A stretch of 52,373 bases of DNA, counting the filler, from Squatina squatina (lineage: Eukaryota), in NCBI GenBank assembly GCA_031763465.1. It is 3 parts of 3 records of this genome, joined end to end, with 100 filler letters (N's around TTAATTAATTAA, not from the genome) between each part and the next. Parts side by side here need not be neighbours in the genome. Positions count along the whole stretch, not along the records: positions 1 to 18,902 come from JARFOE010295688.1; 2 more parts are not named here. One strand, 5' to 3'. The notes beneath the pieces are model-generated. The model saw only the letters and a program-made list of their open reading frames with translations. It did not search any database and was not told the origin of the DNA. The stretch's first letter is position 1. Every line of letters begins with the position of its first letter. A program made the translations under genes and the position numbers. Below, piece by piece: positions 1 to 12,189 of the stretch.

Positions 1-738
1 GAGGTGCAAAGAGACCTGGGTGTCCTCGTACATCAGTCATTGAAAGTAAGCATGCAGGTGCAGCAGGCGGTTAAGAAGCCAAATGGTATGTTGGCCTTCA
101 TAGCGAGAGGGTTCAAATACAGGAGCAAGGATTTCTTGCTGCAATTATACAGGGCCTTGGTGAGACCACACCTTCGTATTGTATGCAGTTTTGGTCTCAT
201 TATCTGAGGAAGGAAGTTCTTGCTTTGGAGGGAGTGCAGCGAAGTTGCACCAGACTGATTCCTGGGATGGCAGGACAGACCAATGAAGAAAGATTGGTTC
301 AATTAGGCTTTTATTCATCAGAGGTTAGAAGAATGAGCAGGGATCTAATTGAAACTTATAAAATTCTAAGAGGACTGGACAGACTAGACACCGGAAGGAT
401 CTTTCCGATGGTGGGTGAGTCGAGAACCAGGGGTCACAGTCTAAGGATGAGGGATGGGCCATTTAGGACTGAGATGGGGAGCAATTTCTTCACCCAGAGA
501 GTGGTGAACCTGTAAAATTCTCTTCCACAGAGGGTAGTTAAGACCAAGTATTTGAATATATTCAAGAGGGCGCTAGACATAGTTCTTAGGGGTAAAGGGA
601 TCAAGGACTATGACTGAAAGCGGGAACAGGGTACAGAATTTGAATGATCAGCCATGATCATATTGAATGGCAGAGCAGGCCCGAAGGGCCGACTGGCCTA
701 CTCCTGCTCCTATTTTCTATGTTTTTGTGTTTCTATGT
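1..738 (+). mobile_element. CR1-type LINE, 3' end (ORF2 C-terminus, 3' UTR and tail)
   Basis: Frameshifted peptides RDLGVLVHQSLKVSMQVQQAVKK, LYRALVRPHL..CSF, QFWSHYL..LEGVQR and SRTRGHSL..FFTQRVVNL are the typical CR1 ORF2 end. These are followed by the 3' hairpin region (gcaggcccgaagggccgactggcctactcctgctcc) and a TTCTATGT-like repeated tail. Confidence 0.92.
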
Positions 739-799
739 TGAAATGAGACAATATTTGTTTTTGTGTTCAGCAGACTCGTGGAAGCGGATAAACTAGTGA

Positions 800-1820
800 C
801 ATTGAAAAGACAAATTTATAATACCTGAATTGGAAAGAATAAAACAGAGCTCTGGGGGAAAAGCTAGAGATTGGGACCAATTATATATCTCTTTCCAAGA
901 TGGGAGTGATGACCTCATTCTGTTATATATTAGACCATCATTGTACAGGATTCTAATTGAAGTGCGTCTCCTCACCAGGTCAGTGTCTAATAAGACTTGT
1001 TTGGGTTTCAAATCTTGCACTGGATAGAAGTGCAAACATTCAGGTGGTTTTGAGACAGCAGGGGGCCAGGTACCTGTGAGGAGAGAGTCGCAATATTCAG
1101 GGATGAGTTTACCATTTTGACAGGACAGTCGGTAAATGATTTATCATTCTACGAGAAACAACAGGAGCCCTTTAATATTCAGTAATATGTCGGTGTGTTC
1201 AGAGATATGTGGAGTGTTAATATCCTCCAGCAGTGCATCACCATTTACAGGGATTTGGGACTGCTAGAGATGTTACACATTCCTGCAATTCCCAGAATGT
1301 GGCAGTATTTGATGGTGTCCCTGGAAGTGTGACAGAGGAATCCCTCAATTTTTCCCCCCAGGATTCCTCAGGAGGAGATGAAGGATGTATTCCTATATTA
1401 GGCAGTGTCAATGAGAGTGAGTGGGTACATAGAGGGCCTGTCAGGAATGGCACAAATTAAGATTTTGCCCCCATTCCGCCACTGGGGTTACCTGCACATG
1501 GGACAGTGGTGGAATGGGTTTCCAGAAACGTGCCAGTATTTACAGGACTAATCGGAGCTGTGTCACCTGCACACAGGGAGTCCTGAGAAATATATTCAAG
1601 GGTATTCCATCAATCATCAAATATTGCCTGATATGACTGAAACTCAGTCAATAGATGAATGGCGAATCAAGCAGACTGATCATTTATTACAATTGTTTGC
1701 AGGACTGAGTCAATATTTGCAGGCGGGTCCCAGAGAAGTGGATTGTGAGAATAATCTCAGAAGATTCTATCGCATTTTACACCCTCTATGGGGGCAGCGT
1801 GTCAATAGATATAGGTGAAC
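800..1820 (+). mobile_element. Candidate endogenous foamy-like retrovirus gag remnant (stops, frameshifts, probable internal deletion)
   Basis: Four collinear peptide blocks resemble prototype foamy virus Gag: RIKQSSGGKARDWDQLYISFQD (836-901), FRDEFTILTGQSVNDLSFYEKQQEPFNIQ (1096-1182), WVSRNVPVFTG (1515-1547) and CENNLRRFYRILHPLWGQRV (1744-1803). The alignment is by eye. No LTR, PBS or pol is seen; CR1 elements flank both sides. Confidence 0.55.
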
Positions 1821-1994
1821 AAAAGAATGGGCAGTCGATTGCAGGAGGTTGTAGTTAGTGATTCTTCTTTTATTGGGTTATCTGAAAATGTTATTGTCAG
1901 AGGCTCCGCGACTCAGAGACCCGCTGAGAAGGAACATTCCAGATCTACTGTAAAGTGATCCGTGTTTCACTAATGTCACAGGATGCATTGCATA

Positions 1995-3090
1995 CAACCA
2001 TAGAACAGATACAGCACAGAAGGTGGCCATTCGGCCGATCCTGTCCATGCCCGCTCAAAGAACAACTCGGTACCCATTCTAATCACACCTTCCAGCACCC
2101 GGTCCGGAGCCCTGCCACTTACAGCACTTTAGGTGCAGGTCCAGGTACCTGTTGTAAGACTTGAGGGTCTCGTCCTCCACCACCTTTTCAGGCAGCGAAT
2201 TCCAGACACCCACCACCCTCTGGGTGAAAGAGTTTTTCCTCATGTCCCCTCTAATCCTCTCGCAATCAGCTTAAATCCTTGTCCCCCAGTTCTTGAGCGC
2301 TCTGCCAGCAGGAACAGAGTCTTCCTCTCTAATCTATTGAGGCCCCTCATAATTTTGTACACCTCAATCAAGTCAGCCCTCAGCCTCCTCTGTTCCATGG
2401 GAAACAACCCCAGCCTATCCAATCTCTCCTCGTAGCTGCAATTCTCAGGGCCTGGCAACATTCTTGTCAGTCCTCTCTGTAATCTCTCCAGTGCAATTAC
2501 GTCCTTCCTGTAATGTGGTGACCAGCACTGTGCACAATACTTCAGCTGTGGCCTTCCAAGCATTATGTACAGTTCCATCATTACATCCCTGCTTTTGTAT
2601 TCGATAACTTGGCCAATAAAGGAGAGTATTCCATCTGCATTCCTCACTAACTTTTCAACCTGTACTGCCACCTTCAGGTACCTGTGCTCATCCACTCCAA
2701 GCTCTCTCACTTCATCTACCCCCTCGATATAATCCTGTTTATTGTGTATTCTTGTTTGCCCTCCCTAAGTGCATTACCTCACACTTCTCCAGGTTCCACT
2801 CCATTTGCTACTTTTTCACCCACTCAGCCAACCCATTGATATTATTTTGGAGTCTACAGCTATCCTCTTCACTATCAAGTACACGTCCAATTTTTGTTTC
2901 ATCAGCAAATTTCCCAAGCATGTCCCCCACATTGAAGTCAAAATCATTAATATATTCCACAAACAGCAATGCATAAACTCTGAGCCCAGTGGAACACTAC
3001 TGGACATGGCTTTCCATTCGCAAATGAATCATCGACCATGATCCTTTATTTTCTGTTACTGAGACAATTTTGGATCCAATTTGCCACAAC
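1995..3090 (-). mobile_element. CR1-type LINE, 5'-truncated
   Basis: Minus ORF 2240-2710 contains LYIMLGRPQLKYCAQCWSPHYRKDVIALERLQR and DLIEVYKIMRG. The RT FADD-type motif (tttgctgatgaa) lies near 2900. The 3' tail is at about 1995-2040. Confidence 0.9.
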
Positions 3091-3209
3091 TTATGACATT
3101 AACTTACCTTTTTCATTACATCTGATTGTAAATTGTTTTGTCTGCAGATTAAGAAATAAAAGTATATGATAAAGTTCGAAAGTATTAGGTATTCTCATCT
3201 AATTGAATC

Positions 3210-3950
3210 GATCATCCTTTCAAGGGAACAATTCAATCCATTCCTCAGCTCCTCCCTGAATTTCCTCTGGGCACTGCATCAATGAAGGTGTTCGTGCAGC
3301 ATCTCAGGAGCTGGAGCATGAAGCCAACTTCAGTTCCAAATGTGGACGGAGAAATAGGATATTCCAATTAGCCCAATCATTTCAATATAGAACAGAACAT
3401 AAACACAACACATAACAGTATGAAATGCAGTCCTGTATGTCAGTGGGATTCTCACCACTGCTCCAACCCCAGAGTCTACTACAAGCTCTTCTGGTCACTA
3501 CAATGTGCCTGACCGTTAAAGCATTGGAAAGTAGAATCCAAAGATATTGGACAAATGGCATTAGATATAATGCAGTAATTCAACAACAGACCAGACCAGT
3601 GAACGCAATACACTGAATGTCACTTGGCAAAATCAGGGAATGTTAGAAAGCCAATACTGATTTGATGAGATGAAAGATAAGAAAATATTCCTCGAACCAC
3701 AACTGCTGTTGTCTCTGTGCAATATTTAGATTTTGGCTCTGCCAACAAATAGCCACGACTGGATCAAAAGTGAAAGTGACTGTGAACCAGAAATAACTTT
3801 CTGTGGCAGCACAGAGCAGAATTGTCTGTATATTACAGACTCTTTTGTCCCTCAAAATGAAAATTGTTTCCGGTAACAATAATAATCTGCCTTAATATCA
3901 CATGAATGATAATGACCAGTAGATCCGCCGCTGCCACGGCCACTCGGTAA
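3210..3950 (-). pseudogene. GPR139/GPR142-like class A GPCR pseudogene (main exon, heavily decayed)
   Basis: Minus-strand fragments VAAADLLVIIIHVILRQI, ATESYFWFTVTFTFD..VAICWQ, KYCTET and EVGFMLQLLRCCTNTFI..KFREEL parallel the better-preserved copy at 13250-14147. There are multiple frameshifts and the 5' part is lost next to a Harbinger remnant. Confidence 0.8.
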
Positions 3951-4074
3951 AGTTGCAAGCAATCTGGACGCACCCACAAGACCTGTCAAAATCTCCAATT
4001 TACATAAACCATGTCCTCAATTTTTTAACTCCTCACAGATGTCAGCATTGAAAGCACAGGAGAGTGAAAGGTAA

Positions 4075-4257
4075 GAGCTCAATGAGGTTGATGCAAAGCG
4101 TCTGTGGCTCATTGGGGCCGCAAAGTCAAAAGCAACACACAATGGCCAAATGAGCGCATGGACGGAAGTCGCTTTAGCCGTTAGTGTGAACTCCACCATT
4201 CAACAGATAGGGGAGCAGTGTCACAAAGAATTGAATGATTTAATGTGATCTGCAAAG
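4075..4257 (+). mobile_element. PIF/Harbinger transposon Myb/SANT-like DNA-binding gene fragment
   Basis: Translation gives ELNEVDAKRLWLIGAAKSKATHNGQMSAWTEVALAVSVNSTIQQIGEQCHKELNDLM*SAK, followed by GT. This matches the AW.EVA..V...QC.K..NDL...AK pattern of the Harbinger-associated trihelix/Myb domain. It has one in-frame stop. Confidence 0.75.
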
Positions 4258-4479
4258 GTCTGTATATTAATTATACGTTTCAATGTTAACCCGAAAGTTA
4301 GTTAAAATATAACATTCAAACATATTTATCAGCACAGCTTCTGTGAACTGACTTCATTCTTGCTTGTTCCTGTGGTCATCACATGTAATTTTATGATTGA
4401 TCATTTCCTTGGGGTCAAGAAGGGTCACTATTGTCAATGCACATGAGGTACTCGTAAAAATTTACGGGTTTGTTGCAGT

Positions 4480-7400
4480 TGCTTCTGAAACGAGGCTCTT
4501 GAATCTAAATAAAGGAAACTACAATGGTATGAGATGCGAGGTGGGGATGATAGATTGGGGAACGTTACTTAAAGGGTTGGCTGTGGACAGGAAATGGCAA
4601 ACCTTTACGGAGTGCAATGATGAATACAACAATTATCCATTCCTGTCTGGCATAACAATAAAACAAAATAAAAGGTGGCTCAACCGTGGCTGACAAGGGA
4701 AATTAGGAATAGTATTGGATCCAAGGAGGAGACACATAAATTGGCCAGAAAAAAGCAGCAAAACTGGGGATTGGGAGCAGTTTAGAATTCAGCAAAGGAA
4801 GACAAAGGGATGGATTAAGAAGGTGAATATAGAGTATGAGAGTAAGCGTGCAAGGAGCATAAAAAAATGATTATGAAAGCTTCTCTAGATATGTGAAGGG
4901 AAAAAGATTAGTGAAGACAAATGTCGGTCCCTTACATTCAGAAACGGGGAATTTATAATGGGGAACAAAGAAATGGCAGCCCAATTAAATGCATACTTTT
5001 GTTCTGTCTTCACAAAGGAGGACACAAATAACCTCCGAGAAATATTGGAAAAGCGAGTGAGAGGAAGGAACTGAACGAAATCAGTATTAGAAGGGAAATG
5101 GTGTTCAGCAAATTGATAGGATTTAAGGCTAACAAATCCCCAGGGCCTGAAAATCTCTATCCCAGAGTACTTAAGGAAGTGGCCCTGGAACTAGTCGATG
5201 AATTGCTGGTCATCTTCCAAAATTCGATAAACTCTGGAACAGTTCCAACGGATTGGGGTGTAGCTAATGTAACTCCACTATTTAAAAAAAATAGGTAGAG
5301 AGAAAACAGGGGATTATAGACCAGAAAGGCTGACACTGGTAGTCGAGAAAATGCTAGAGTCCATTATAAAAGATGTGATAGCACTTGAAAAACAATGACA
5401 GGATCGGACACAGTCAACATGGATTTACAAAGGGGAAATCATGCTTGAAATATTAACAGGAATTTTTTGAGGATCCAAGGAGTAGAAGAGATAAAGGAGA
5501 ACCAGTGGATGTGCTATATTTGGACTTTCGGAAGGCTTTCAATAAGGTCCCACATAAGAGATTAGCGTGCAAAAGTAAAGCATATGGTATCGGGGGTAAG
5601 GTACTGAATAGAGAACTGGTTGGCAGACAGGAAACAAAGACTGGGAACAAACTGATCTTTTTCCGAATGGCAGGCAGTGACTACTGGGGCACCGCAGGTA
5701 TCACTGGTAGGACCCCAGCTATACAAAATATGTTTTCATGATTTCGATGAGGGAACTAAATTTAATATCCACAAGTTTGCTGACGACACAATACTGGGTG
5801 GGAGTGTGAGCAGTGAGGAGGATGCAGAGAAGCTCCCGTGTGAATTGGACAGGTTAGAAACATCTAAACGTAGAAAATAGGAGCAGGAATAGGCCATTCG
5901 GCCCTTCGAGCCTGCTCCACCATTCAATATGATCATGGCTGATCATCAATTTCACTGATCTGTTCCTGCTTTCTCCCCATATCGCTTGATCTCTTTAGCC
6001 ATAAGAACTATATCTAACTCCTTCTTGAAGATATTTAATGACTTGGCCTCAACTGCTTTCTGTGGTACAGAATTCTACAGGTCCACCACTCTGGGTGAAG
6101 AAGTTTTTCCTCATCTCAGTCCTCAATGGCTTACTCCGTATCCTTCGGCTTAGACCCCTGGTTCTGGGCTTTCCCACCATCAGGAACATCTTTCTGCATT
6201 TAATTTGTTCATTCCCGTCAGGAATTTATAAGTTTCAATGAGGTCCCCTCTCATTTTTCTAAACTCTAGCAAATAAAAGCCCAATCGTCCCAATCTCTCT
6301 TCATAAGTCAGTCCTGCCCTCCCAGGAATCAGTCTGGTGAACCTTCACTGCACTCCCTCCATGGCAAGAACATCCTTCCTCAGATGAGGAGAACAAAACT
6401 GCACACAGTACTCAAGGTGTGGTCTCACCAACACCCTGTACAATTGCTCCTCTGCTCAAATCTTCTCACTATGAATGCCAACAGACCATTTGCCTTCTTA
6501 ACCCCCTGCTGCACCTGCATGCTTACTTTCAGCTTCTGATGTGCAAAGACACCTATGCCTCGCTGCAGCTCCGCCTATCCGTTAATAATCCAGATAATAA
6601 TCTGCGTTCCTGTTCTTGCAACCAAAGTGGATAACTTCACATTTATTCATGTTATACTGCATCTGCAATGCATTTGCCCACTCAGTCAATCACCCTGAAG
6701 CCTCTCTGCATCCTCCTCACAACTCCCACTCACACCCAGGTTTAAGTCCACAAACTTGGAGATATGACATTTAATTCCCTCATCAAAATCATTAATATAT
6801 ATTGTGAAAAGCTGGGGTCCAAGCACTGAACCCTGCGGTACCACACTAGTCACTTCCTGCCACTTGGAAAAAGACCCATTTATTCCTACTCTTTGTTTCT
6901 TGTCTGCCAACCAGTTCTGTATCCATGTCAGTACCTTACCCCCAATCCCATGTGTTTAATTTTGCACGCCAATCTCTTCTGTGGAACCGTATGGAAAAAC
7001 TTCTGAAAGTCCAAATTTACCACATCCACTGGTTCTCCCTTATCCACTCTACTAGTTACATCCTCAAAAAATTTCAGTAAATTTGTCAACCATGATTTCC
7101 CTTTCATAAATCCAGGCTGAATTTGACCAATCCTGTCACAGCTTTCTAAATGCTTTGCTATTGCATCTTTAATAATGGACTCTAATATTTTCCCCACTAA
7201 TGATATCAGGCTCACTGGTTTATAATTTTGTTTTCTCTCTCCCTCCTTCTTTAAATAGTGAGATTACATTAGCTACCCTCCAATCCATAGGAACTGATCC
7301 AGATTCAAAAGAATGTTGTAAATGACCACCAATGTATGCACTATTTCTAGGGCCACTTCCTTACGTACTCTGGGATGCAGATTATTAGGCCCTGGGGATT

Positions 7401-8460
7401 ATAGGCCTTCAGTCCCATCAATTTCCCTATCACCATTTCCCTCCTAATAATGATTTCTTTCAGTTCCTCCCTCTCAGTAGAACCTAGGTTCCCTAACATT
7501 TCTGGGAGGTTATTCGTGTCCTCCTTTGTGAAGACAGAACCAAAGTATTTGTTGAATTGGTCTGCCATTACATTGTTCCCTATTATAAATTCCACAGTTT
7601 CTGAATGAAAGGTTGAGTGAGTGGGCAAATGCATGGCAGATGTGGATAAATGTGAAGTTATCCAATTTCGTAGCAAAAACTGGAAGGCAGATTATTATCT
7701 GAACAGCGATAGATTGGGAAAGGGGAGGTGCAACGAAACCTGGGTGCCCTTCTGCACCAATCGCTGAAAGTAAGCATGTCGGTGCAGCAGATGGTTAAGA
7801 AGGCAAAATATATGTTGGCCTTCATAATGAGAGGATTTGAGTGCAGGAGCAGAGATGCCCTGCTGCAATGATACCGGGCCTTGATGAGACCACGCCTTGA
7901 GTATTGTGTGCAGTTTTGTTCTCCTTATCTGAGGAAGGATGTTTCTGCTATGGAAGGAGTGCAGCAACGGTTCAGCAGACTGATTCCTGAGATGGCAGCA
8001 CTGACTTATGAAGAGAGATTGGAATGATTATGCATGTATTCGCGAGGATTTAGAAGAATGAAAGTGGATCTGATAGAAACCTACAAGTTTCGAACAGGAC
8101 TAGACAGACTAGCTGCAGGAAGGAATTTACAATGGCGGAGGCGTCCAGAACTAGGGGCCACAATCAAAGGATGCGGGGTAAGCCATTTAGGACTGAGATG
8201 AGGAGGAATTTCTTGACCCAGAGAGTGGTGAACATGTGGAATTCTCGATCACAGCAGGGAGGTGAGGCTAAATCATTAAATATATTCAAGGAGTTAGATC
8301 TAGTTATTTTGGCTAAAGGGATCAAGGGATATGGGAGAAAGCAGGGGCAGGGTAATGAATTTGGATGATCAGCCATGACCATCTTGAATGGCGGAGCAGG
8401 CTCGAAGGGCCGAATGATCTTCTCCTGCTACTATTTTCTATGTTTTAATATTTCTATGAA
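4480..8460 (+). mobile_element. CR1 LINE ORF2 to 3' tail, split by a nested insertion at 5856-7609
   Basis: Motifs KSPGPENLYPRVLKE, DWGVANVTPLFKK, DVLYLDFRKAFNKVPH and KFADDT lead to LDRL at 5855. The frame resumes as (R)LSEWA at 7610 and runs to TRGH..FLTQRVVNMWNS and the 3' tail at about 8400-8460. Confidence 0.9.
5856..7609 (-). mobile_element. 5'-truncated CR1 LINE inserted in reverse orientation into a CR1 of the same family
   Basis: Minus peptides include VPQGSVLGPQLFTIYIND, GFMKGKSWLTNLLKFFEDVT and FGSVFTKED. The 3' tail starts at 5856. AGGTT is duplicated at 5851-5855 and 7610-7614. Confidence 0.9.
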
Positions 8461-9929
8461 GAAGTTAAGTCTTCTTCAATCATGTGTAACTGAATTTTTA
8501 ACGAGGTATAAGGTAGTAATTACTGCTGAACAATCTCTCTGGCCCTGAAATAATTTTAGAATTGTGGGTTCTCATTTGCTCAGAACAAAATTAAAATGTT
8601 GCAGATTTAAAAAAATAAGCCTTACAGTATACATTTTGAAGCTTGTGTTTTTGTTAAGGAGTCTCTCCCTCCATCCATTGTTTACCTCCCAATGTTAGTT
8701 TCACTTTCTGTCCGATGATCCCTTCAAGGAGCTGCTATCACCATTCAGTAAAGCCGCAGTCCCGCATGGGAATGATGGCTGGTGGGGGACGGGGGTTCCG
8801 AGGATCTGGCTTCTGATCCTGCAACATCTTAGCAAAGACGAAGGTGACTGGCCACATTTTTGTTGTGTGTTGTGCAGATTGGCGACCAGCACAAGTGCAC
8901 CTTAAATAAGAGAATGCAATGATAAACTCGGAGATACGTGCAGGTGTGGCCGCAACCTACCTTATCACTGCCAGACCGTGCCCCTCATGATAAGGCGAAG
9001 CCTTTGGAGTGAGAGTGCCGGGGGCAGGGTCATGTTGCCTGATATATTCAGCAACAAGTGCAGCTTGTGGAATTATTGCATTGACTGATGATCTCATCCT
9101 TTTGCTTTTCTTCTGTTAATGGGCTTTGACAGCATATCTCCCATGTGATTCTTGCAGAATACATATTTTAACGATGTTTGCATGTGGGAGTGGGTAAAAG
9201 TTAAATTAGTGACAGCAATTTCCGGCACAGACAGGAAGGGCCGAATGGCTTCCTCCTGTGCCATTAGCTCCTGTTATGTTTCAAAGATTAAACGTGTATT
9301 ATATTCCCTGCTTTTTACTTCCTGATTTGACTCCTGTGTCCTGCCCTGTTGCTCGACGCCATAGATCCCCGGTAGAAGGCGCCAAATTCAAACTAGCATT
9401 AGAAAAGTGGAAGATAAAGCTCCAGAGCCCGCTAACACGTTGCACACGGCATTTATTGAGGTGACCGGTGAGCGCCATTCCTTCAGAGCTGACCACAAAA
9501 TGGGGGCCAAAAACTTCCTCTCAGATCAATAATCCAACTCAGTAGAAGCAATGAACAACTGTTCCATCCAATCATTTATTCCGCAGATGAAGGAATGTTG
9601 AAAGCACGAATGCATGAAAGGCTCATTAACTTCTGTTGCCCTCCAGACTGTATTTGAAGGTTCTGGTTTAAAATGACCAGTGTTTATTGCAGTGGGGTCT
9701 GGGTAAGCAGTGGGTGAGTGTCTCACTGTCAGGGCTTGGTGTAGGACGTTCTCTCCCTCTCTCGCTCTCTGATGGGGACAGTGGATTGACAGCTGGCGTC
9801 TGCTTGTGAATCATTAAATGCCGGAAAGTTAGCCCAACGGTGTTTTGGTTAACAGCTTAAAACGAATTATTTGTCCGGGAACACGAAAATTAAACAAATT
9901 GAATCCGTACTGGATCATTGTGTGTGTGG

Positions 9930-10500
9930 TGGGGTGGGGGAATGCTGGACTGCTGTAATGTAAAGTGTTGTGTGGAGAATTTAATGCAGGAAGCTGGATA
10001 GCAGAGGGCTGGAATGTAAAGCGTTTAACTGGGGTCTACGCTATAGTTCCATGTGTGGTGAGAGTGCAGTCACGGAGCTGGATTGTAGTTCATTGTGGGA
10101 GAGGGTTTATCTCGGGTGGATGGTGTGGTGCTTCTTCACTTTAGATTGTTTCAGGGAGAGTTTAACTGCGAGGGGCCGGGGTTGTCTGCTTTCTCATGTA
10201 GTGTTGGGTGAGCTTAATCTTAGCTGGGGTTCCTGAATCCGCCGTGATCTGTGGATAGTTAAGCCGGTAAAGCTTGACTGCAGGATAAACTGGGGAGGTG
10301 GCTCGAGGCAGGAATGTATGTTGATGTCGGAAGATGGTGGCCTTGTGGCTGGAGTTGCGTATGGGGGCTGGGTGACACCTTCATGTTGGGGGAGTTTAAC
10401 CAGGGCAGATTTTATGGACTGCAACTTTCTGTTGCTGAGTTCAGTTGGATTGTCCACACTGTATTTTGATTTGGGAAGATTTTAAGCTGGAATATTATTT
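9930..10500. repeat. Degenerate tandem repeat of roughly 45-50 bp (core GAGTTTAACTGGG...GGACTGTAG...TGTGG), block 1
   Basis: TTTAAC(T/C)(G/A)GG-like cores recur with GT-rich spacers. The same motif recurs at 10750-11000 and 12190-12650. Confidence 0.6.
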
Positions 10501-12185
10501 ACATATGAAAATAAGAAATAGGAGGAGTTGGCCGTACGGTCCCTCGAGCTTGCTCTGACATTCATTTATATCATCGCTGATCTTCGACCTGAACTCCACT
10601 TTCCTACCTGATATCGATATCCCTTGATTCAATTAGAGTCCAAAAATCCAAAGATATCATTGTTGAGACAACTCAACGACTGAGCACCCACAGCCCTCTG
10701 GGGTCGAGACTTCCAAAGATACAAACCTTGAAATGAAGATATTTCTCCTTTAGTGTGAGATAGTTTAATTGGGAGGTGCTGGACTATAGTTTGATGTGGG
10801 AAAGTTCAACCAGGTAGTGGGAAGCAGTGTCTGGACTGTACACTGATTTGGGTCGAGGTTAACTGTCGTCTGGAATGTATTGTGTTGTGAGCAAATTTTA
10901 TCTAAGGGTGAATGGATTTCAGATGGTGTTGATCTTAAACGGGGCTGTTGAGTTTGCATTCTAAGTTCGTCTGTAGAGACTTCAACCAGTGAGTCTGGAC
11001 AGTAGGATAAAGGCGCAATCCTAAACTTCTGGCCGCTTATCTAGATATTTTGACCCATAGTTGTTGATTCTCTCGTCCAGGTGAAACTGCCTCTCAGCAT
11101 CTACCCTGTCAAGTCTTCTATGAATTTTACACATTTACTGAAATCGTCACTTATTTTTCTAAACTACAGGCTGTAGAACCATTCTGCTCAATCTCCTCTC
11201 ACAGGAGAACTCTCTTGTCCCAGAAATCAATGCAGTGAAGACTCTTTTCAGCCCGTTAAAGCCAAATATTCCTTCCTTAGGTTAGGAGACCAGCACTGTA
11301 AGCAATACTCCGGCTGTGTTCTTATCAAAGCCCAAAAAGTGCAGCAAAACTGCTTTAGTCTTCTATTCCAACAGCTTTGTAATAAAGGCTAACATACCCT
11401 CTGCCTACCTTTTTGCTTGCTGTGCCTGCTGTGACGCGTGGTAGAAGAGCACACAAATCCCTTTCAATAACAATTGTTACAGGTCTCTCAGCTCGAATAA
11501 AATCTGATTTTTATTCTCGTCAGCAAAGAGGATAATTTCACATTGTGCCACATTATACTCCAGGAGCCACTATTTTGCCCAACTTCTTCACCTGTCAATA
11601 TCCCTTTCGAGTCTCGTGCTTCCTTCTCACATCTTAATGCCCTTTCTAACTTTGTATCATCAGCAAACTGGATGCATTACACTCATTGCCCCAATCTAAA
11701 TCATTGATATGGATTTAATTAGCTCAGGCCCAAGTACTGATCCATCTGGTATTCCACTAATTACAACCTGTCATCTCGAAAACTAGCCATTTTATCCTGC
11801 CCTCTATGTTCTGCCATTAACCAATCCTCATTCAAGCGAATACATAACACCCAACACTGTGAACCCTAATCTTGTGTAAAATCCTCTTGTGTGGCAGCTT
11901 AGCGATTGCCTTCTGAAAATCCAAATATTCCACATCTACTGCTTCTCCTTCATCTACTCTGCCAGTTGCATTCAAAATACTCCAATCGATTTGTCAAATG
12001 TGATTTCACATTGAGAAAACTGAGTGGACTCTGTTTAATCACAGTATGATATTCTAAGTGCCTGTCACCATTTCCGTAATAATATATTCCATCATTTTCG
12101 CCACTACTGATGTCAGCCTAAGCCGATAGTTCCCTCTTTTCTATATCTATTCTGTCTTGGACAGCAGCATGATATTGGAACCTTG
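10500..12185 (-). mobile_element. Old CR1 LINE (decayed), interrupted by a satellite block at about 10750-11005
   Basis: The 3' tail is at 10500-10750 (ataagaaataggaggagttggcc...). CR1 sequence resumes at about 11010 and includes the reverse complement of the FADDT motif (tttgtatcatcagcaaac, about 11650) and of DVEYLDFQKA (about 11910-11935). Confidence 0.8.
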
Positions 12186-12189
12186 CAAT

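Noticed and set aside
1461-1620. Ty3/Gypsy gag reading of VPVFTG...SPEKYIQ
   Set aside because: This rests on a single short motif, whereas the foamy interpretation explains four collinear blocks. It is not fully excluded without a profile search.
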